DNA from: Balanoglossus misakiensis
Taxonomy: Eukaryota > Animalia > Hemichordata
NCBI GenBank assembly: GCA_040954595.2
Contig: CM082582.2
Location: 1,178,001-1,242,000, forward strand
Length of the DNA: 64,000 nucleotides
Direction: 5' to 3'
The translations under genes were made by a program, and so were the position numbers. The notes below the pieces were generated by a model, which worked only from the letters and a program-made list of their open reading frames with translations, made no database searches and had not been told where the DNA came from. Positions 11,324 to 22,035 of the stretch are shown one piece after another (positions within the stretch are counted from its first letter, which is position 1; each line of letters opens with the position of its first letter).

Positions 11324-14130
11324 TAGTGGCCAGTGTCGTGCCCATTAATTTTGAGTGTTTGGTGGGGTCAACATTTGCGTCAACATTGATTAACCAGGCC
11401 ATGCAGAGCTAGTGGCCAGTGTCGTGCCCATTAATTTTGAGTGTTTGGTGGGGTCAACCTTTGCGTCAACATTGATTAACCAGGCCATGCAGAGCTAGTG
11501 GCCAGTGTCGTGCCCATTAATTTTGAGTGTTTGGTGGGGTCAACCTTTGCGTCAACATTGATTAACCAGGCCATGCAGAGCTAGTGGCCAGTGTCGTGCC
11601 CATTAATTTTGAGTGTTTGGTGGGGTCAACCTTTGCGTCAACATTGATTAACCAGGCCATGCAGAGCTAGTGGCCAGTGTCGTGCCCATTAATTTTGAGT
11701 GTTTGGTGGGGTCAACCTTTGCGTCAACATTGATTAACCAGGCCATGCAGAGCTAGTGGCCAGTGTCGTGCCCATTAATTTTGAGTGTTTGGTGGGGTCA
11801 ACCTTTGCGTCAACACTGATTAACCATGCCATGCAGAGCTAGTAGCCAGTGTCGTGCCCATTAATTTTGAGTGTTTGGTGGGGTCAACCTTTGCGTCAAC
11901 ATTGATTAACCAGGCCATGCAGAGCTAGTGGCCAGTGTCGTGCCCATTAATTTTGAGTGTTTGGTGGGGTCAACCTTTGCGTCAACATTGATTAACCAGG
12001 CCATGCAGAGCTAGTGGCCAGTGTCGTGCCCATTAATTTTGAGTGTTTGGTGGGGTCAACCTTTGCGTCAACATTGATTAACCAGGCCATGCAGAGCTAG
12101 TGGCCAGTGTCGTGCCCATTAATTTTGAGTGTTTGGTGGGGTCAACCTTTGCGTCAACATTGATAAACCAGGCCATGCAGAGCTAGTGGCCAGTGTCGTT
12201 CCCATTAATTTTGAGTGTTTGGTGGGGTCAACCTTTGCGTCAACATTGATTAACCAGGCCAGAGCTTAGTGGCCAGTGTCGTGCCCATCAATTTTGAGTG
12301 TTTGGTGGGGTCAACCCTTGCGTCAACCTTGATTAGCCAGGCCAGAGCTTAGTGGCCAGTGTCGCGCCCATTAATTTTGAGTGTTTGATGGGGTCAACCC
12401 TTGCGTCAACCTGGATTAGCCAGGCCAGAGCTAGTGGCCAGTGTCGTGCCCATCAATTTTGAGTGTTTGGTGGGGTCAACCCTTGCGTCAACATTGATTA
12501 GCCAGGCCAGAGCTAGTGGCCAGTGTCGTGCCCATCAATTTTGAGTGTTTGGTGGGGTCAACCCTTGCGTCAACCTTGATTAGCCAGGCCAGAGCTAGTG
12601 GCCAGTGTCGTGCCCATCAATTATGAGTGTTTGGTGGGGTCAACCCTTGCGTCAACATTGATTAGCCAGGCCAGAGCTAGTGGCCAGTGTCGTGCCCATC
12701 AATTATGAGTGTTTGGTGGGGTCAACCCTTGCGTCAACATTGATTAGCCAGGCCAGAGCTTAGTGGCCAGTGTTGCGCCCATTAATTTTGAGTGTTTGGT
12801 GGGGTAAACCCTTGCGTCAACCTTGATTAGCCAGGCCAGAGCTAGTGGCCAGTGTCGTGCCCATCAATTTTGAGTGTTTGGTGGGGTCAACCTTTGCGTC
12901 AACCTTGATTAGCCAGGCCAGAGCTAGTGGCCAGTGTCGTGCCCATCAATTTTGAGTGTTTGGTGGGGTCAACCCTTGCGTCAACATTGATTAGCCAGGC
13001 CAGAGCTAGTGGCCAGTGTCGCGCCCATTAATTTTGAGTGTTTGGTGGGATCAACCTTTGCGTCAACCTTGATTAGCCAGGCCATGCAGAGCTAGTGGCC
13101 AGTGTCGTGCCCATCAATTTTGAGTGTTTGGTGGGGTCAACCTTTGCGTCAACCTTGATTAGCCAGGCCATGCAGAGCTAGTGGCCAGTGTCGTGCCCAT
13201 CAATTTTGAGTGTTTGGTGGGTCAACCTTTGCGTCAACCTTGATTAGCCAGGCCATGCAGAGCTAGTGGCCAGTGTCGTGCCCATCAATTTTGAGTGTTT
13301 GGTGGGGTCAACCTTTGCGTCAACCTTGATTAACCAGGCCATGCAGAGCTAGTGGCCAGTGTCGTGCCCATCAATTTTGAGTGTTTGGTGGGGTCAACCT
13401 TTGCGTCAACATTGATTAACCAGGCCATGCAGAGCTAGTGGCCAGTGTCGTGCCCATCAATTTTAAGTGTTTGGTGGGGTCAACCTTTGCGTCAACATTG
13501 ATTAACCAGGCCATGCAGAGCTAGTGGCCAGTGTCGTGCCCATCAATTTTGAGTGTTTGGTGGGTTCAACCTTTGCGTCAACATTGCTTAACCAGGCCAT
13601 GCAGAGCTACATTGTAGTGGCCAGTGTCGTGCCCATCAATTTTGAGTGTTTGGTGGGGTCAACCTTTGCGTCAACATTGATTAACCAGGCCATGCAGAGC
13701 TAGTGGCCAGTGTCGTGCCCATCAATTTTGAGTGTTTGGTGGGTTCAACCTTTGCGTCAACATTGATTAACCAGGCCATGCAGAGCTAGTGGCCAGTGTC
13801 GTGCCCATCAATTTTGAGTGTTTGGTGGGGTCAACCTTTGCGTCAACATTGATTAACCAGGCCATGCAGAGCTAGTGGCCAGTGTCGTGCCCATCAATTT
13901 TGAGTGTTTGGTGGGGTCAACCTTTGCGTCAACATTGATTAACCAGGCCATGCAGAGCTAGTGGCCAGTGTCGTGCCCATCAATTTTGAGTGTTTGGTGG
14001 GGTCAACCTTTGCATCAACATTGATTAACCAGGCCATGCAGAGCTAGTGGCCAGTGTCGTGCCCATTAATTTTGAGTGTTTGGTAGGGTCAACCTTTGCG
14101 TCAACATTGATTAACCAGGCCATGCAGAGC
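11324..14130. repeat. tandem array, 86-bp unit (82-83 bp variant in the middle), ~33 copies
   Basis: Unit TAGTGGCCAGTGTCGTGCCCATTAATTTTGAGTGTTTGGTGGGGTCAACCTTTGCGTCAACATTGATTAACCAGGCCATGCAGAGC; starts at 11324, 11410, ... Confidence 0.97.
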
Positions 14131-14742
14131 TACATGTATGTTGCCTGTAAGGCACACATCTCCAATTGGTACATTGGGCCTATCATACTGTACATGTACA
14201 ACTAGGAAAATGTACTTCATCATATTTCCATAGTCAGCAGCTTCAAGAACATGTTGCCTTCTCTATATGAATGTTTAGACTAAAAAGAAGTATAAGAAGA
14301 ATAAAGTTGTCCAATTATTGTTGGCAGGGGGTGGGGATGTGTGCTCCCATACAAATGTATATGGGTATGTACTCTTTAAGAAAAACGTTCATATGCAAGA
14401 GAAAAATGGTAAATGACAAAGAAAATTTGATTGGTATTACAATAGGTCGGGTTTTTGGCATTTACACATATTGATGTTATCAACCGGGAAGCACACTACG
14501 TGCTGAAAATAATTGGAGACCTCTCGCCCGGGGTGTCGGCCAGTGGCCACATACATTTCCAGTCCTAAACCTTGCATCAGTTCTGTGGTGCGGATTAAGA
14601 AATAAGATTGGCGCTACAATATGCCCACTTAGTTTGAAATGGATTCTGCATATATACATGTAAACACATTGAAAATGAGATATTACACATATAATCATGG
14701 GACAAGAAGGGCAAAAATTAAATTATCCAGCAGGTGCTCGAA

Positions 14743-15430
14743 TTATGCAAATTAGAACAGTTGTCTAATATTGCCATGTCAACCACGTTGAAATTGTTTT
14801 AGGTACCCATATTAATTAAAACCGTGAAAATGCGATATTACACACCATATAAGACAAACCAGGGAAATTTACATGTTAGAGAAGTTTGTCGGCCATTTTG
14901 GATTATGCAAATTAGTACAGTTGTCTAATATTGCCATGTCAACCACGCTGAAATTGTTTTAGTTACCCATATTGATGAAAACCCTGCAAATGCGATTTTA
15001 GGCACCATATAAGACAAAACAGGGAAATTTACATTTAAGAAGAGTTTGGTGGCCATTTTGGATTATGCAAATTAGAACAGCTGTCTAATATTGCCATGTC
15101 AACGACGTTGAAATTGTTTTAGGTACCCATATTGATAAAAACCCTGCAAATGCGATATTACACACTATTAAAGACAACCATAGTAAATTTACATGTTAGA
15201 GAAGTTTGTCGGCCATTCTAGATCATGCAAATTAGAACAGCTGTCTAACATTGCAATGTCAACCACGTTGAAATTGTTTTAGGTACCCATATTGATGAAA
15301 ACCCTTCAAATGCGATACTACACACTATTTAAGACGACCATAGGAAATTTACATGTTAGAGGAGTTTGGCGGCCATTTTGGACTATGCAAATGAGAAGAG
15401 TTGAACAAAAAATGCCATATTTGCAATGCT
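14743..15430 (+). repeat. 160-bp tandem repeat, ~4.3 copies (about 2 copies in the right arm at ~40740-40990)
   Basis: TTATGCAAATTAGAACAG..GTCTAATATTGCCATGTCAACCACG recurs at ~14743, 14903, 15063, 15223, 15383. Confidence 0.9.
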
Positions 15431-17864
15431 GTTGTCTTGTTTTGGGTGCCTATGTTAAGGCTTGAAAATGAAAGCTTATTCACCATTTTGGCACAAACAG
15501 TGCCGAGAAGGTGTTCCAATGTAACTTAGAAGAGTTGCCATATTTGCAATACAGTTATATTGTTTAAGGTATGAATGCAAATCCTGAATATTAGATTTAT
15601 AACAATTTCATTGGAAAGAACATTTGTAGGTTCATCATTGACCCCATAGGACTGTCAACTCGACTACAGACAGTCTCGATGAACACAAGACATGATCCCA
15701 ATTTGCAAGCTGAGTTGAAACTGACTGCTGCAGTAACTTTAGCTCTGGGAATGTCTTGTGTGATTTAAAGCAATTGATGACCAAATTTAACACAGTTTCT
15801 CTGAGGTAACCACTTAGCTTTCGTGACTGGTTGTTTAAGAATCCAAAAAACATGAATTCTACCCAATGAATTCAACCCTTAGAATTTCACAACTGTAACA
15901 CAGTTTGCAGTCATGCACAAAAGTGTGTATCATACACATAAGAAATTTCTCACATGTATTTTTATGATGGCAATGCATTTGACTGTAAACAAACATTGAC
16001 ATCAGTCAGTAGCGCTATTTTGTCAGTGAAATGGCTTCATCATCATCCCTCCAACCAAAGTTGAAACTGAGTTGCAAATATTGCACAGCTTGAAATCATA
16101 AAATGTTGCAAAATTGAACCAACAGTTCGGTCAATGATCAAGTTCTTACAGCTATTATTAGAACCAGACAATCTCAGCGAACAAGAGACATGGGCCTTAT
16201 TTGCAAGTCGAGTTAGAACTGCCTTTGCCTGCCCACGGACGCCCCAGTTTCAGCAAAAATTATTGCATTAAAATGTGAGTATGGAGAACTATGCTCTGTG
16301 TTCCTTTTGTTAGCTTACATAGCTGTTGTCATTCTAGTTTTTCCTCTGTCCTGTGAACAGAGTTTCAGTTGCGAAAACCGACAGTTCTTAAAGTACAAAA
16401 GTACACCTAAATTGCCTCGGTGATGAGCATGCAGAATTTATCTGATGCTTTTTACTGGCAGAAGGACCCCACCAGTTGCAGATTGTCAATTCCATGGCAC
16501 AAGGGAATTTACGCTTTGCGTTCAAATATAAATAATTAAAACCTGTTTAATTTTTCTATATGTTCTTTAGTGATGATTCAAAAGTATTATGACTGCTAGT
16601 GTGATTAATATTCTATTTTCAAAATGTGTTTCTCTTAATGATTATGAATACATCAAAATTTATGCTTTAAAATTAAATCATTATACCTGAAATATTGCAA
16701 ATATTTGGAGGGTTGCATTTAATTTGAAGTTCTCGATCAAAGTTTTAGGCATAAAAAAGGTGCTACACCCCCGAAAAATTGGTAGCTATGAATTCAATTC
16801 AAAGAGTGTTGTAATGTCTGTTTTGCAACAGGGTGCCAGTTCAACAAAGCGCATGAGGATAGTAAATCACCTTTGTGAATTTTGTGCACCACAGTAAGAA
16901 TTCCCTAGAAACTGCAAACTAAATTGCAAAGCAATCAGACAAAAATGGCAGTAATTGCCAAAAAAAAAAAAAAAATATTGTCACTTCCATCACTGGGTTT
17001 GTTAAATTGTCATAAAATCACACCTAAGAACATGCAAACCAAATTTTAAAAAAAATGTGGGTTGAGGTTTCTGAGTATATGACGACCAAAATCACCCCAA
17101 AATATACTTCAAAAATGAAAAATAAAATCTGTATAAAGTCTCAATAACATAAATACACACCAATTTCTAAAGCAATCTGACCAGTACCTTCTTGAGTTTC
17201 TGAGTTTAGAACAATTTCACATTGGTCCCAATGGTATATTGACATATACAAAATTGGACCTAAAGAGTAAAACACATTTCAAAGATTTTACAATTAAAGC
17301 CTCACAAGCTGCCAAATTTTACACATCTTTTTCCACAATAACATTTTTCAAATCATCCACCTATCCTTTAAAATCAGCACCATTGAGCCATATTACTTGA
17401 ATTTGCATGGGGTTTGTCATCTCTCTGCGATGTGTACCCTCCATATGGAGGCTGATTAAAACAGGTGTGGCGCTCGTTTAATATCTGACTTCTTTAAATT
17501 GCAACATACAGGCACATTCATTAGTCAATAAAATGTTCATGTATACCTATCAGTCAGTTTGTTTAGATGAACAAATCTAAGATGGAAAGTAATATCATGA
17601 AAATACTGAAAGATTGGAAACTCTGAGTTTGAGTCTAAGGATAACAAGGGAACCTCTCTACTATTTGACGCACCAAAGCTATGAAAAACTTCCTTCTTTC
17701 CCTCAAATATTTTTTATGAATATGTTCTACTCCGTGATTAAAATTTCCCTTTTACCAAATGTACATATGTAAGAGACGTGATTTTTTCAGCAAAATTTCA
17801 AATGGCCTAGGGTGACTTTTTACCTACTTACCCATATTGGGTAGCATGAAACACAGAATGGCAT

Positions 17865-19060
17865 ACCAGTGGGTTAGAGATACAGCGTTTTATATTAACA
17901 TGAATTAACATGAAACTAAAAATTTGATGGTTTACTTAGGACTGCCTTGATCCATGGTAACCTCATTAAATATGTACATATCTAATTCTAGGCTATCCAG
18001 TTGCGGTAGAAACCTGGACATGGACAACTTTGGGGTCAAAATCTTTTGACAAAATGTTGGGTGATCTTGGGTAAACTTTGACCTACATTCCTATATCTTG
18101 GCATCCGGCACAGATACATCCCTGACACTTGGAGTGATGGAACTGCATAATGGAGTATTATGTCTCAGCTAGTCACAGTGCTTTTGCTGTGTTTTATGTC
18201 TTTTATTCAGCCAAATTAGATGTTTTTCATTACACATTGGCTGTGTTTGCCAGTACTTTTTAGCTGGTCACACTGCCTTAACACAATGTATTCTCAAAAT
18301 ACTCTGCAATCTTTATGAAGCATATACAGCAGACAAAGTTGTGGTAAGACTAAACTTGCCCTTCTTTGTGATTAAAGCATGACCGGCCTGTCTTAGGTGG
18401 CCCCTACCTAGGGGCTTTACCCGTCATTGGCTCACAGTCTGAGAAATCAGCTCTGCAGGGAAGTTAACGATGTAACCCACCATTAAAGCTTGGATTTCCG
18501 CTTTTTGTATTTGATGCCTGGCTGAGGCCTTCTTAGGATCTACCCAACGCTGAGTAGGCTATCCCGTCATTGGCACACAGTCTCAGGGAGGGAGTCAAAA
18601 GTTCAGTATACCATCAAAGCCTTTATATTGTCCATTCTTTTTAAGAGAAGGCTGGCTGCTGTAGAAAAATGTTGATCTCAAATTTATCATGTCCAAAAAG
18701 CCAGACTTCCAGCCCTATTGGTTAGGCTGGCATTAGGTAAGTACATAATTAATGAGGCAAGACATAATACTCAATCAAATAGTTCCATCACTCCAAGTGT
18801 CAAGGTTGTATCTGCTCCGGATGCTAAAATATAGGAATGTAGGTCAAAGTTTACCCAAGATCACACAAATGTTTGTCAAAAGATTTTGACCCCGAAGTTG
18901 TCCATGTCCAGGTTTCTACTTCAGCTGAATAGCCTAGAATTAGATATGCACATATTTAACGAGGTTACCATTGCTCAGGGGGGTCTTAAATTAACCATCA
19001 AATTTTAGTTTCATATTAATGCATATTAATATAAAACACTGTATCTCTAACCCTACAGGT
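17865..19060. repeat. third-level inverted repeat (~300-bp arms 17865-18165 and 18760-19060) around a conserved ~600-bp core
   Basis: ACCTGGACATGGACAACTT..GGGTCAAAATC / GATTTTGACCCC..GTTGTCCATGTCCAGGT; mirrored at ~33985-35165. Confidence 0.88.
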
Positions 19061-19603
19061 AAGCCTAGAATTAGGTACATGTACATGCGTAAGTTTTTGA
19101 CAAGACAGTTAAGCTGTAATATATGTACATGAACCTTGACAATTGACTTAAAATAACATAAAGGCAGAACTGATACTGATTGGAGATAGATATTACTAAT
19201 GACAGTGATGTTAATTACACCAGGAATGTTTGTCTTAGTATACGGTAGCTAACCGACTGCTTGAGGTTAAGTAATGAAAGTGCCCACTTGCGATTCACCT
19301 TCAAATAGCTACTTAGTCTTTGGTACATGTACATTGTTTTTCCAATGATTAGACAAAGGATATACATACGTGTAATTAAGGTTGGGTAGCATTTTCAATG
19401 TAATAAGCCCTGCCTTCACTATAATCTTACACCAAATCAACACTGTTCAGTAATGTGATAGGCTTCAAAGCGACGCTAGTTACATCATAATTCCCAGCAA
19501 GGGGTATTAGTTTATTGGGCAAGTGGCATGAGTGAGGCCAGACATTAGTTTTGGAAGCAAAGCGGACAGAACACTGCCGGGCATAGACTAGGTAGTTCTG
19601 AAT

Positions 19604-20991
19604 AGTCATGTTTCATAAGTCAGGTCCATGACATATGTACCGACATCTGTGATTGGTCCATCTGGTAATCTTAGGTCCACTTGAGGCACGGTGATTGGAG
19701 GGACCTTATGTGTTAGGTCTTATTATTATGTATTATTCACTAGACCTTGTAGGTTAGGTCTTATTACTATGTATTATTCACTTTACAGCTCCCTGATTGG
19801 TTAATGTGTAGGTCTCCAATTTTCACTGCCTCGTTATGCAAAGTCTTTTGTCCTTCTGAATACAGTTGTCGTATTCTGTCTGGCATGCTGCCTGCGCGTT
19901 GTCGAAGCTCGATCCCAGTGTATAAAGAAAGGCACTCATATAATGATTGGATTTAACCTTTCCTTCACTATTCATGGCATTTTTTTGTGATACTGTGAAC
20001 TAGATACTCGAAATAAAAATTGCCAGGAGAATTTTTTTATTTTATTTCCAGTGGCGGTTTGTTGAAATGGGCTAGTGTTTTGTTACGTAATGCTTTTCAG
20101 CGCATCACTTCGTGTAACACCTGGCTGAATACGAAGTGTGTGCTATTCATTCGAGCAAACCAAAAATATCTTACAATAGAACTGTTTAGAATAGCATTGC
20201 ATTTCTTTAATTGGGATACCTCATTAGTTGCTTTACAGGTATGATTACTTTTATTGTACTTCTTTCACGAAGCTGCACCGTCATAGTTCCATTTTTATGA
20301 AAACAATATACGAATGTATAAACAGACAACGTACTCCTTTTCACAACATCTACGTCAAAACAAATTTACTTTAAAATAGTAAAACAACAATAATAATATT
20401 GATGATGAGAAGTAGGAGGGTGATTTAAGAAAATATACAACTGTTAGCAAAAATGCTTAGATGTGTTAATCAGATTTTCAAAGTCCATCTAAAAATCATT
20501 TAATCTTTCCAGGGTGCGGTTTATGTTGGAGATAGTATCAGTCAGGCTATTTCTCAGAAAATTAATGAATGATCTGCAGACATCCCGAATAATGTGTTAC
20601 CACAACGCTAGCCAGGAAGCACATGGGACATTTCACAATGAGGCAGTGAACACTGGGAGACCAGACTGACACGTTAACCAATCAGGGAGCTGTATGGTGA
20701 ATAAATACATATTAATATGACCTAACCTACAAGGTCCTGTATTATGAGGCAGTGAACACATGGGGGACCAGACTGACACGTTAACCAATCAGGGAGCTGT
20801 AAAGCGAAAAATGCATAGTAATAAGACCTAACCTACAAGGTCTAGTGAATAATACATAATAATAAGACCTAACCTACATGGTCCCTCCAATCAGCGTGCC
20901 GCAAGTGGACCTAAGAGAAGCGGATAAACCAATCAAAACATGCAATACATGTGTATAGGACGTGTAATGTAGGTCATTTTGAAACAGGACT
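19604..20991. mobile_element. 1.39-kb non-autonomous DNA transposon inserted in the left arm only
   Basis: TIR AGTCATGTTTCA / TGAAACAGGACT, AAT duplicated on both sides, ~200-bp subterminal inverted repeats (19650-19845 / 20740-20936); empty site CTGAATGTGACC present in the right arm at ~33442-33453. Confidence 0.8.
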
Positions 20992-21934
20992 AATGTGACC
21001 ATGGACGTTACCACATTAGACTCTGTATTGTAAGTTTCTGAAGAATCGCAAAAAATCATCAACAGTCTACATGTACTTCAACCTTGTGAGAAGTACTGTA
21101 TAACACACAGGATATACTAGTCACTGTTGGTCAGGTTATTACACACTGTGGTCCCATCTGGGGATTACACAAAATTAGGTATGTCTGTGTTCATGGGAAA
21201 AATCATGTGACATTGGCAAGCAGATATGACCTTCTGAGAGAACATTTCAAAGGAACCAGACAAGTATTTTAGGGAAAACAACATTCAACAATGACAAAAA
21301 CTGCCTCAAACCACATCTATCCAACTATCAACAAATTGTATAATATCTACTTCAATCACCACGCCTACCAAAGTTGAAAGCAATCTGACTAGTAGTTTCA
21401 AAGAATACAAATTGCAAAAATTGCCCCAAGACCACAATATGTAAATTTCACCAAAATGATATACAACATTACTTGGGTTACCTCTTGGAACAAGCATACC
21501 AAAATTTAAAAGCAATCTAAGGAGTTTCTCAGAAAATGAATTTTGACCAAAAATGACAGATTACAAATTCTGCGACAATTTAAACAAAACCAACTATGAT
21601 CACCTACCGGAAGTGTCATACTAAATTCTAAAGAAATCAGCCAATCTCTTTAAGAGGAAAAGATTTTTTTTCAAATGGTAAAACAAGACAAAATAATTGC
21701 ATAAAAAATAGACAATTCACGATATAAACTCAAAGTATATCAGGTATGATGACATTACCTACATGCATACAAATGTTCAAAGCAGTCTAACCAGTTGTTG
21801 AGTTTTGATCAATTCCACATATTTCACAGGTTATTTGCGTATTTTTGCAATGACAACTTCATTTAAGCAAAATCCCATCTACACACCAAAATAAAAAAAG
21901 CGTGGTTTCATGTTTTGGATCAGGGCAGACATAC

Positions 21935-22035
21935 ATCCATATATACATGTAACATGCAGACACACATGTACACACACACACAAACACATGCATACATGGC
22001 TGCATACATACATACATACATACATACATACATAG
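21935..22035 (+). repeat. (CA)n/(CATA)n microsatellite within an interspersed repeat
   Basis: Direct reading; degenerate counterpart at ~32412-32452. Confidence 0.8.

Noticed and set aside
11324-14130. CRISPR-like regular array
   Set aside because: No unique spacers; the whole unit repeats; eukaryotic context with no cas genes.
18574-18603. RSS-like CACAGTC + 12 bp + TCAAAAGTT (RAG/Transib signal)
   Set aside because: Only 5/9 nonamer match, weaker in the mirror copy, and the partner module lacks a nonamer at 23 bp.
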